IMG/VR virus record: IMGVR_UViG_3300033069_001588
Coordinates: 1 to 64,000 of that record
DNA from: a virus
Lineage: Duplodnaviria > Caudoviricetes
Strand: one strand, 5' to 3'
DNA: 64,000 nt
Part shown: positions 9,297 to 17,891 of the stretch, piece by piece
How positions within the stretch are numbered: the first letter of the stretch is position 1
How the letters are laid out: the number at the start of each line of letters is the position of its first letter
Made by a program: the position numbers and the translations under genes
The notes under the pieces: model-generated
Told to the model about the DNA's origin: nothing
Database searches by the model: none
Seen by the model: only the letters and a program-made list of their open reading frames with translations

Positions 9297-9745
9297 AAAC
9301 AACAGCCATATACAATAATAGGATAGAAGATAAATCCAAACTTGAAAATATTCTAAACCTTCAAGAAGAAGGAGACTTGAATAAGATTTTTCTTTTACCC
9401 AATGGTAAAGTTTTTGCTGAAGGATACAATAGGATTGTATATGGAGATCACGGTCCTTATATAGAATTCAATAAGAGTCACATAAAATGTAAATTATATT
9501 CCAGATTTGGAAACAAAATTGATGAAGAGAATTTGCCAAAAGATAGTAAATATTACTATTTTTGGCTATTTCCTCATGGAAGTGAAAAAACTAAAGTTTA
9601 TCTTCAAATAAAACCTGTTACTGACTTGCCAAATGCTCCCAAAAGAGAAGATGGAAAGAAATCTGCCTTCAATAGAAAAGAAGGATATGCGGATTATAAA
9701 AGTGGAATGTACTATGTTGATCCATATTCGCTCTCTATAAGATAA
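9293..9745 (+). CDS. hypothetical protein
   Basis: ATGA-coupled start at 9293; RIVYGDHGPYIEF and YADYK.G.YYV segments. Confidence 0.7.
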   Translation: MKTTAIYNNRIEDKSKLENILNLQEEGDLNKIFLLPNGKVFAEGYNRIVYGDHGPYIEFNKSHIKCKLYSRFGNKIDEENLPKDSKYYYFWLFPHGSEKTKVYLQIKPVTDLPNAPKREDGKKSAFNRKEGYADYKSGMYYVDPYSLSIR

Positions 9746-9749
9746 ATGT

Positions 9750-9920
9750 ATGAAAAAATCCAAATGGTGCCAGTGGACAGCTTGGGTATTTTTTATCACT
9801 GTATGCATTCATGCTATTTATCGTGCTCATACCTACCATCATTGGTGGGGGCTAGTTATCTTAATTGTAGGTTTTGCAATGGGTATTCTATACGACAAAG
9901 TTTTGAGAAAATTTAGATAA
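9750..9920 (+). CDS. 56-aa two-TM membrane protein
   Basis: Manual translation MKKSKWCQWTAWVFFITVCIHAIY...WWGLVILIVGFAMGILYDKVLRKFR; fills gap between co-oriented genes. Confidence 0.6.
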   Translation: MKKSKWCQWTAWVFFITVCIHAIYRAHTYHHWWGLVILIVGFAMGILYDKVLRKFR

Positions 9921-9929
9921 GGAATTTCT

Positions 9930-10571
9930 ATGTCATTTGACAATGTAGCAACAGAAGCTAAGAAGCTTTTCCCAGTTCAAATAAAGTACAAAAACGAAGA
10001 TACTATGATGAAAATATTAGGTAAACTAATGTTTTTTAGCCCTTCATTCATGACCAATTATATTACAACAATTGGTTATACTGTTTATTATCCAGACAAA
10101 ACTTGGATTCAAAAAAATCCTAAAGAGGCTACTGTATCTTTCATTCACGAATGTGTTCATATGAATGATGAGAAAACAACTAACTCTTTTCTTTGGAAAT
10201 TAGGTTATCTTTTCCCACAATGGTTGAGTTTATTGGTTCCATTTTTACTGTTCTTAGTTAGTTGGAAGATAGTTTTGCCGCTATTTTTATTCTTCTTACT
10301 ACCATTGCCTGCTCCATTTAGAATGTTATTTGAGAAAAAGGCATATTTTATGGGTATGTATGCTGCCCATAAAATATACGGTGTAGATCCATCTTTGCTA
10401 GGAGATGAGTGGTCCGGTGTATTTAAGAACAGTTCTTATTATTGGATGTGGGTTTTTGGTTTAGACAAAGAATTTAAGGATGTGTCTGAGGCTATTAAGG
10501 CGGATCAAAAATTGCCTGTTGATGATAACACATTGAAAGTAGTTAATCAGCTAATCGCTGCGGCTAAATGA
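9930..10571 (+). CDS. membrane-associated HExxH (zincin-like) protein
   Basis: TTIGYTVY, IHECVH, hydrophobic hairpin, FEKKAY (third-ligand E candidate). Confidence 0.7.
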   Translation: MSFDNVATEAKKLFPVQIKYKNEDTMMKILGKLMFFSPSFMTNYITTIGYTVYYPDKTWIQKNPKEATVSFIHECVHMNDEKTTNSFLWKLGYLFPQWLSLLVPFLLFLVSWKIVLPLFLFFLLPLPAPFRMLFEKKAYFMGMYAAHKIYGVDPSLLGDEWSGVFKNSSYYWMWVFGLDKEFKDVSEAIKADQKLPVDDNTLKVVNQLIAAAK

Positions 10572-10578
10572 GGAATAA

Positions 10579-11232
10579 ATGAAAGATCATACAAATAAAG
10601 TAGAGTTGGTTGGTTTTTACGGATCTGATGAGACACACGCCCTGTCTGCTTGGACCTCCACAGCAAGAGAGATAAATGATGAGAAAAGACAAAGAATGGA
10701 TAAACTATTAAACATGCTGGGCTCAGAAGGTCATCATACACCTTTTGAAAAATCTAGCATACATTTTCTAGTTACCACAGAAGTCAGCGCCCACATTCAT
10801 TTGTTAAAACATAGAATTGGTGTATCTATAAATGCAGAATCAGCGCGTTACAAAGAACTTAAAGATGATAAATACTACATCCCAGAGGATTGGATTTCAG
10901 AAGAAAAAAAAATGTTAATTGATCATTGCGAAGAATCAATTAAAAAATATCATGAATGTTTGGCTCGTTTAGTAAAGAATGGAATGGATAGAAAAAGAGC
11001 CAAAGAAAGTGCGAGATTCTATTTACCGTACGCAAACCAAATAACATCGGATGTCATGTTTAATTTCAGATCATTTATGCATTTTATTTCACTACGTAAT
11101 AGCGCTCATGCTCAGCTAGAGATAAGAAAAGTTGCTCAAAAGATGTTGCAATTAACATGGGAAACAGATGCTTTTCCACTCTCGTTGGCAGCTTTTGGCT
11201 GGACAAAAGATAAAATATATAGTGATATATGA
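10579..11232 (+). CDS. thyX: flavin-dependent thymidylate synthase
   Basis: GHHTPFE, KHRIGVSINAESARY, KESARFYLP, NFRSFMHF..LRN..HAQLEIR. Confidence 0.95.
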   Translation: MKDHTNKVELVGFYGSDETHALSAWTSTAREINDEKRQRMDKLLNMLGSEGHHTPFEKSSIHFLVTTEVSAHIHLLKHRIGVSINAESARYKELKDDKYYIPEDWISEEKKMLIDHCEESIKKYHECLARLVKNGMDRKRAKESARFYLPYANQITSDVMFNFRSFMHFISLRNSAHAQLEIRKVAQKMLQLTWETDAFPLSLAAFGWTKDKIYSDI

Positions 11233-11260
11233 ACTCATATGCATATTTGTATATCATATT

Positions 11261-11989
11261 ATGAAAACTTGGTACGTATATCACATTATAGATCCTGTAA
11301 CAAATGAAGTATTTTATATTGGTAAAGGTTGTGGAAAAAGATACTCCATTCATATGATTCGTGCCCTTAAATGGAGAAAAGATGGCACAATAATTCCTGG
11401 TGGAAATCGTCATCTTTACAATAAATTATTAAAAATAGTTGATGCGGGACTTCAACCAAAATATTCTATTGAATTTGAATCAGAAATAGAAAAACAAGTT
11501 CTTGATAGAGAAGTTATGGACATATCAAAATTTGGAATAGAAAATCTTTGTAATCTTACATATGGTGGTGAAGGAGAAACAAGAACAAAAGAATCTCTGG
11601 AAAAATTATCTCAATCATTAAGAGAATTTTGGGATTCAGAAGATGGTTATTTACTTAGAGAAAAATTTTCTCAAGATAAAATGGGTGATAAAAATCCAAT
11701 GTATGGCACAAAAATGTCTGAAAAAGATAAAAGAATACATGTGGACGCTCTATTATCTGTGCCACGATGGAATAAGGGATTAAAGGGTGACCCACGTTCA
11801 AAAGGACATCATAAAGGCACTCCAGCTAATAATGCTTTACATTGTCGTTTGATACATGAAAATGGGCAGATTTTTGAGGCAAAATCTATGAAAGAATTAT
11901 CAATACTATCTGGTATACCATTAATATCTATTAACAGAATGCGTCAAGGCAAGAAGAATAAAAAGGGCTGGAAGCTAGAAATTATATGA
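11261..11989 (+). CDS. GIY-YIG-family homing endonuclease (NUMOD-like C-terminal motifs)
   Basis: WYVY..IDP....FYIGKG...R, LCNLTYGGEG, GDKNPMYG; ATG at 11261 preferred over ORF-track start 11168. Confidence 0.82.
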   Translation: MKTWYVYHIIDPVTNEVFYIGKGCGKRYSIHMIRALKWRKDGTIIPGGNRHLYNKLLKIVDAGLQPKYSIEFESEIEKQVLDREVMDISKFGIENLCNLTYGGEGETRTKESLEKLSQSLREFWDSEDGYLLREKFSQDKMGDKNPMYGTKMSEKDKRIHVDALLSVPRWNKGLKGDPRSKGHHKGTPANNALHCRLIHENGQIFEAKSMKELSILSGIPLISINRMRQGKKNKKGWKLEII

Positions 11990-12477
11990 AGGTATATCAA
12001 ATAATTACTGAGCCATATCAAGATTTTTGTTTTTATAGCCGAAATGGCATTCTTACATTATGTAGTGATCACAAATTCCCACACGTTGCTGGCAACTCTA
12101 TGTATGATGGAAAAACAAAACGGTGGATAAAAATAAACAATCCGATGTCAAAATATGATACCACTGTTTATACAGATGGTCCTAACATTGGAACTTTGGT
12201 TTACTCACCAGATAAAGTAATTTGTCCAAGTTGGTTCGTTAAAAAACAATTTTACATAGAACACGTAAAAGAACAATTGGACCCATTATTGGAAACTTCT
12301 TTGTCAACATATGGTGATGAACCATTTAACCTTTTTGTTTTCAAAAAAGAAATAAAGAAGAATAAAGATATGTTGTCTATTGGCATGTGTGGTAGGACAA
12401 ACTTAAAAGGAATACGTTGTCATCCAATATTTACTAAACACTGTCACAAAATACTGAACTTAAAAGCATTTTGGTAA
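11986..12477 (+). CDS. hypothetical protein with LKAFW C-terminal tag
   Basis: 163 aa, ends HKILNLKAFW. Confidence 0.72.
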   Translation: MKVYQIITEPYQDFCFYSRNGILTLCSDHKFPHVAGNSMYDGKTKRWIKINNPMSKYDTTVYTDGPNIGTLVYSPDKVICPSWFVKKQFYIEHVKEQLDPLLETSLSTYGDEPFNLFVFKKEIKKNKDMLSIGMCGRTNLKGIRCHPIFTKHCHKILNLKAFW

Positions 12478-13148
12478 AAAATCTCAGCAAGTTTCATAGC
12501 TTTTCTTACAGACGCTTTGCCTGACTCATCTGGCGTATAATCAGATAAAATTCCCACCCCAAGAAAATTAGAGTCATTGATGGTATGACTATTGCTAACC
12601 ACTGCGTCCGAGCGTGGACCAGAGTTAGCTTCAATGGAAGTGAAGCTATTGCGACCGTCGAATGACTCTAATACTCCTATATGCCCCTTCCAAGAATCAG
12701 GACCTCCACGGCTCCACACCACAATATTACCTGGTGTCATAGCCTGTGGAGTAATCTTATTTTTTGAAACCCATTTGCCTATTTGTGCAAATTGTCCGGC
12801 AATATTTCTAGCACCTACGGCACCAGGAATAGGTCCGCCCCCTGCTTCTCTCATCCACGCTGACACTGCCGCAGCACACCAATCTTGTCCCCCGCCCATA
12901 TTGAAGTATTTGAAATACTCCCTGATTCTTTTACCATCGTTCTTCCCCAAATCCTCACGCACACCCAAATCAGCTTTAGCATTAGCTAACACTTGGCTTC
13001 CGAAGCCGCCGGTTGGTTGGTGCTCAGCACTAGGAGATTCCTCAAGCAATTTATAGGGATTATCTTCCTCAGAAGCACCGCCACCACGTAGGCTTTGGAG
13101 AACGCCATTTAATAGGTTGTCGAGGTCGTCAAAGGCAAAAGATTTCAT
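12444..13148 (-). CDS. CHAP-domain peptidoglycan amidase/endopeptidase
   Basis: DWCAAAVS (Cys), PGNIVVW, GHIG (His), IEAN. Confidence 0.85.
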   Translation of the reverse strand: MKSFAFDDLDNLLNGVLQSLRGGGASEEDNPYKLLEESPSAEHQPTGGFGSQVLANAKADLGVREDLGKNDGKRIREYFKYFNMGGGQDWCAAAVSAWMREAGGGPIPGAVGARNIAGQFAQIGKWVSKNKITPQAMTPGNIVVWSRGGPDSWKGHIGVLESFDGRNSFTSIEANSGPRSDAVVSNSHTINDSNFLGVGILSDYTPDESGKASVRKAMKLAEIFYQNAFKFSIL

Positions 13149-13173
13149 AACATGAATATCGAATTAACGATAG

Positions 13174-13560
13174 TTATCTGTAAGGGTTATTGCGACAGGA
13201 CCAACATATGAATCTACCATTTTCTTGATTTGGGGCGGCTTGGTAGAAAAAATCTTTGCACTTGTCGCAGGAGCAGCCGTCAATAACGGACTTGACTTTA
13301 TAGACAAAGCCCTCGCGAATATATAGGATATCGTCACCTAGAAATTTTTTGTCTAACGCCAACTGTTTCAACAAAAAAGAATCCACCCTGACACTTCCTT
13401 TCATGAAAGTGTAGGGTGGAATATACAAGTAATATCCAAAATTATCTACGGCTATAATATCGAATGAAGTTTCCTCATCGTAATCTGTGGTATAGGGATT
13501 GACAACAGTTTTTTCTCTAAGACGACAGATAATACGATCACCGATTTTTAGTCTAGCCAT
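13174..13560 (-). CDS. hypothetical protein with C-terminal zinc finger
   Basis: CSCDKC...CWSC. Confidence 0.7.
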   Translation of the reverse strand: MARLKIGDRIICRLREKTVVNPYTTDYDEETSFDIIAVDNFGYYLYIPPYTFMKGSVRVDSFLLKQLALDKKFLGDDILYIREGFVYKVKSVIDGCSCDKCKDFFYQAAPNQENGRFICWSCRNNPYR

Positions 13561-13575
13561 GACTAGAATACTTTA

Positions 13576-14040
13576 TTATGCCGGCTCTTCGTAGAAGTAA
13601 ACGCTAACCCCGTTATCTACAAGATGCTTGGAAAGCATCTCAGTTAACTCTGGTACAGCCTCAGTAATAACACCAGGAACGTGAACTGTTGCCTTTTCAT
13701 ATTTTGCCATTGAGCAAACCTTTTTTAGACACTCTTCTAGTCCTTTAGCATCCGTAACTAGTTTGTCATCTTGGCACAGCATATGAATAACCCAAGTGTC
13801 GCTTTGTACGGCAGTAGTATTAACAGCTCCCAATTTATAGGCTCCGGTTCTGGTATTGAACCAACCTTTGGCATCTTCCTTAACTCTTCTCCATCTCTTA
13901 TCAAAAACTTTATACCAGTCACCATCTACTTTACCAAGTACGTTATTAACTGACAATACAAATCTTAATCCGGCATTCTCAGGAGCTAGGATAGTGCCTT
14001 TGATAATTTTCATCTTGCCTTGTGGTTGAAATCTGTTCAT
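13576..14040 (-). CDS. divergent macrodomain (Appr-1-p/TARG1/DarG-like) protein
   Basis: IIKG.I..P, NN.LG, KRW, LGAV..., WV.HM..Q, LEECL, VHVP match macrodomain pattern; Gly-rich loop degenerate. Confidence 0.6.
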   Translation of the reverse strand: MNRFQPQGKMKIIKGTILAPENAGLRFVLSVNNVLGKVDGDWYKVFDKRWRRVKEDAKGWFNTRTGAYKLGAVNTTAVQSDTWVIHMLCQDDKLVTDAKGLEECLKKVCSMAKYEKATVHVPGVITEAVPELTEMLSKHLVDNGVSVYFYEEPA

Positions 14041-14080
14041 ATTATTCCTTTTATTAACTCCTACCAAAATAGATATATCC

Positions 14081-15076
14081 TCATGAGTAAATTTCTTTTA
14101 GATGTTCATGCAAAAATTTAATTTTATCATTCTTGAACCCCGTCACACTTAATCCAAGATGATCATTTAAATCTACCCGTGTTTCATCATATATCAAAAA
14201 ACTTAAACCTCTTTTTTCAGAAAAAAGAGAATTAGTAATACATTCGATATCTTTCAAATTAGGCATTATAATGGAGTATTTGTTATTATAGAAAGCATCA
14301 GCCAAAAAACTAACTTGCCCTTCGCAGACAAACAAATTACAATTTGTAAGATTACAAAAATATTCTTCCTGATTGGAATAGGATTTCAAAAATACTTTCT
14401 CATAAGATTCTTGATCAAATTCGCTAAAAGTAACACAGTCTGGATACTTACTAAGAAGTGAAAAGATTTTTTTATTGTTGGATAGCATACCTGCAACAAT
14501 ATTATGCTGGCATGGAATGGATAATTTCCCCGTTTGATGATAAGGTCTTATCCATTCAAAGTTGTTTTTTATTTTGGGTACATCTAAGGTGTCACCAAAA
14601 TGAGAATAAACAAAGTTCCTGGCTGAGTTATCCACCATATTGATTATTCTTTGAGATGTTTGGGGGTTTTTGTTAGTTAGATAGGAGTAATTTTTGAATA
14701 GACCCAAATTATACTTTTCTTCTTGGGTCAGCGCTACATTTAATAACGAAGAGCTACATTGCCATAATTCGATGTTGAGAATATTAGCAATATAAGAAGT
14801 GAAGTATTCCAAGTCACTGATAATCAAATCAGGATTGAAATACTTCACTTGTTCAAAATAAGTTATTAAATTGTCGTTGTTATCAATAGAGATATGTTCT
14901 GGATTGAACATATTAAGAAGGGAATCAAGAGTCCAGTCTATGTTGATAGTTGGACTGGATTTTTTATATGCTGCTACCTTGATAAAATACGGTTTGTTTT
15001 CAATGGCTTGTAAAAACCTTGATAACATTATTTTAGCATTTTCATTATTGCCGGCAGCATATAGAATTTTAAGCAT
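14081..15076 (-). CDS. GT-B fold glycosyltransferase-like protein (MJ1255/GT1-GT28-like)
   Basis: MLKILY start, PDLIISDLE, G..SFLADAFY..K..I.MP. Confidence 0.65.
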   Translation of the reverse strand: MLKILYAAGNNENAKIMLSRFLQAIENKPYFIKVAAYKKSSPTINIDWTLDSLLNMFNPEHISIDNNDNLITYFEQVKYFNPDLIISDLEYFTSYIANILNIELWQCSSSLLNVALTQEEKYNLGLFKNYSYLTNKNPQTSQRIINMVDNSARNFVYSHFGDTLDVPKIKNNFEWIRPYHQTGKLSIPCQHNIVAGMLSNNKKIFSLLSKYPDCVTFSEFDQESYEKVFLKSYSNQEEYFCNLTNCNLFVCEGQVSFLADAFYNNKYSIIMPNLKDIECITNSLFSEKRGLSFLIYDETRVDLNDHLGLSVTGFKNDKIKFLHEHLKEIYS

Positions 15077-15656
15077 TCAATATCTTTTTGAAATTCTCTA
15101 CTTGCTTTTCAAATACCTCTTTAGTTGCTTTGGTATCGGCTGTGGAAGAATGAGCTTTTTCGTTCTTTATACCATATTTTTTCACTAAAGCAGATAAACT
15201 ATAACTATCTGCCATAGAGCCTTTACACCAATCTAGGAAAAACTCAATGATCATAGTGTCCATAGTACGTCTGCCAAAAGGAAAAGAATCTTTAGAATTG
15301 CATTTCAGCCAAAGCTGTTCCAGCATGGCTTTGTCAAAACTTATATTTTGACCACATAAAACACGATTTTCTGCGGGAACACCATCATCAGCAATCCAAT
15401 TTTCTATATCAACTATGTTTTTTATGGGGTCAACATATAAATCACGACCAACTTTAGTTTCCAACTTCAAATCTTCTATCTTGTGTCCATTAACTCTTAA
15501 TGCTCCCATATCAATTGTTTCATAATTGATAGGTTTAAACCACCAAGTTTTTTGAACATTATCATTTAATCTATACAATGATAATTCAATAACATCATGA
15601 CTATGGCTATCTAATCCAGTTGTTTCTGTGTCAGCCACGTATATTACATATTCCAT
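15069..15656 (-). CDS. DEDDh 3'-5' exonuclease (second paralog)
   Basis: DTETTG, QNISFD, AHSSTAD. Confidence 0.9.
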   Translation of the reverse strand: MEYVIYVADTETTGLDSHSHDVIELSLYRLNDNVQKTWWFKPINYETIDMGALRVNGHKIEDLKLETKVGRDLYVDPIKNIVDIENWIADDGVPAENRVLCGQNISFDKAMLEQLWLKCNSKDSFPFGRRTMDTMIIEFFLDWCKGSMADSYSLSALVKKYGIKNEKAHSSTADTKATKEVFEKQVENFKKILNA

Positions 15657-15688
15657 TAAATTACACCTTTGTGCTTGCGTCTAAACGT

Positions 15689-15716
15689 AGCATAATCATG
15701 CAAATTTACTTGTCAA
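15689..15716 (-). promoter_or_regulatory. sigma70-like promoter TTGACA-N16-TATGCT
   Basis: Minus strand, upstream of 15656 with AAGGTG SD. Confidence 0.65.
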
Positions 15717-15727
15717 GAGATTTTATT

Positions 15728-16102
15728 TTATTTTATTTTTTTCTTCATCTCAATTTTGAGAAAATTTATAGACTTTAGACCTTGCTTGTATTGAGATATT
15801 AAAAAGTTTACTCCGTCTACTGTTCGTAAAAATTCTTTTTCTTTATTAGTAAGCTTAGTTCCTTCTACAGTAAAAATAAGTTTATTATCATCAAAAATTT
15901 TCCATTTTTCACCTTTATTAGGTATTGATATTCTTTTGACTCTAATAACTTTTTCTACCGTATCATCTTCTTCATGATAAAGATCATATTCAAACTTACT
16001 TAAATTATATTTCAAATTTTGATCTTTAAATTCATCTATAACGGAACCAGAAGATTCAGATTGATTGGAAGAAGATGAATTATTAATCTGATTATTTTTC
16101 AT
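15728..16102 (-). CDS. hypothetical protein
   Basis: 124-aa ORF, Ser-rich N-terminus. Confidence 0.7.
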   Translation of the reverse strand: MKNNQINNSSSSNQSESSGSVIDEFKDQNLKYNLSKFEYDLYHEEDDTVEKVIRVKRISIPNKGEKWKIFDDNKLIFTVEGTKLTNKEKEFLRTVDGVNFLISQYKQGLKSINFLKIEMKKKIK

Positions 16103-16111
16103 TGATATCTC

Positions 16112-17320
16112 TTACTTGCAAGCATTGTCCGCCGCTATTATTCCCATACATGCTGCCGATAATATACCATGTACTCCAGCACTTTCGCCAGCAATAAACA
16201 TACCATCTATCTCTGACTCTAAATTATTACCTATATTTATTTTAGGAGCCATCGGAAGAATTGTAGGGACATGAAAGTAACCTTTGTTATTTATTTCTGG
16301 AAGAACTGCACACAACTCTGCAACAGAATTTTTTAACCAATCATATTCTGGAATAATAGAAATTTTACTTTTACCATTTAAAATAGTAGATATTCTCTCT
16401 TTAATAATTCTATCATTAGATAAAACAAAAGCCAATTTACCTAATCTATCTGTTTGTTCAAATCCATTTCCAGGAAATGTTCTACTTCCAATCATAGAAA
16501 AAGACACCTTATCGGTTTTCCATCTATTTTCATTTGATCTAAAAGCGGAAATAGCCAAATCAACATGATCTTCTGGAATTACAGTCCCAAACCAATTCAA
16601 AGGACCAATTTCTAAATCTTTTTTCAGAATTGTACAATTAGATTTGTTGAAATCTCTCAAATAAGAAGCATTAATTTCTATTCTAATACCATATTTAGCA
16701 ATATCATTATTATCAATGATTCCTAAATTAGCGTACAGTTCTTTGGACCAACGCCAGCCACTTCTACCCACAGCTAGAATAATCTTCTTACATTTATACT
16801 CTTCTTGTTCAGTTGTAATGACAAATAAGTTTTTCTGTTTTGATATTTTCTTTACTTCATTATCAAAACTAAAAGTTACATTTCCACAATTTTCGATTGT
16901 TTCTGCCATGTACTTAGAAAGAGAATGAATATCTTTAGGATAAATTTGAATATAATCATTCAAAACCACATCATATCCGGCTTTCTTTAATTTCTTATCT
17001 AAAGATACTAAAGGAGACTTGTCTTTTGTTATTTTGAAATTTCCCACATTAGAAAGGACATTAGAAAACCAAGTATTAGCAGATTTTACTTTTCTCAATC
17101 CCGTAAGATCAGCAACTTTATTGATATTATTGAGGTATAATTTACCGTCACTATTTGGAAAGCATCCTAACCAACCCTCTAATTGTCTACGACGTTTCAT
17201 GGGTGGACGACCCAAATCAAAAACTATAGCTTTTGAATCTTTATAATCTTTAGCTATTTTTAAAGTAGCAAACGCGCCAGCAACGCCTGCACCAATGATA
17301 CCAATATCAAAATTACTCAT
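16112..17320 (-). CDS. FAD-dependent oxidoreductase (COG2509-like)
   Basis: IIGAGVAG Rossmann motif, SDGKL, LAVGRSG, GMFIAGESAG..GI..A...G. Confidence 0.85.
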   Translation of the reverse strand: MSNFDIGIIGAGVAGAFATLKIAKDYKDSKAIVFDLGRPPMKRRRQLEGWLGCFPNSDGKLYLNNINKVADLTGLRKVKSANTWFSNVLSNVGNFKITKDKSPLVSLDKKLKKAGYDVVLNDYIQIYPKDIHSLSKYMAETIENCGNVTFSFDNEVKKISKQKNLFVITTEQEEYKCKKIILAVGRSGWRWSKELYANLGIIDNNDIAKYGIRIEINASYLRDFNKSNCTILKKDLEIGPLNWFGTVIPEDHVDLAISAFRSNENRWKTDKVSFSMIGSRTFPGNGFEQTDRLGKLAFVLSNDRIIKERISTILNGKSKISIIPEYDWLKNSVAELCAVLPEINNKGYFHVPTILPMAPKINIGNNLESEIDGMFIAGESAGVHGILSAACMGIIAADNACK

Positions 17321-17385
17321 GCAAAGTCCTACGATAGATATATTAGATTACATCGGATATTATATCATAGGACTAATAAACTTAT

Positions 17386-17871
17386 TTATTTTAATTCAAA
17401 ATCGCTTCCATTAATATCTGTTTCATGATTAGTGATTGTTGTGCCTGCCCAACCTTCTTTATCCATTTGAGAAATTCTATTAAACTCTTTTTCTAATTGT
17501 AAAAATATCTTTGCATTCAAAGACGATAAAGCATTTTTAACAATAGTTGATACAGATTTATCACCAATCAACGATCCAGTAATTTTGAAACCACTAGTAC
17601 CTGGATTAATTTTCCATTTTCCTCCAACTAAATTGGCGTTGACAATGAAACTATTGACTATTAAATTGCCTCTTAAATCAGGGTTAGTTTGTATAATTTT
17701 ATTACCTACACCCTGTACAATATTTGCTAATGTAGGATTTTGAGAAATAATTGTATTAACAGTTGGTCTAACAATTAAAGTTACGCTAGTGCTATTTACT
17801 TCTTGAAGAGTCTGCGCTTCTTTTCTAAGTTTATATTCAAAATGATTGGCTAAGATATCTATCTGTCTCAT
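17386..17871 (-). CDS. hypothetical protein with LANHFEYKLRKEAQ leader (possible virion protein)
   Basis: 161-aa ORF, GAGG SD, downstream of fibre genes. Confidence 0.7.
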   Translation of the reverse strand: MRQIDILANHFEYKLRKEAQTLQEVNSTSVTLIVRPTVNTIISQNPTLANIVQGVGNKIIQTNPDLRGNLIVNSFIVNANLVGGKWKINPGTSGFKITGSLIGDKSVSTIVKNALSSLNAKIFLQLEKEFNRISQMDKEGWAGTTITNHETDINGSDFELK

Positions 17872-17891
17872 ATTTATATTTCCTCTATTAA

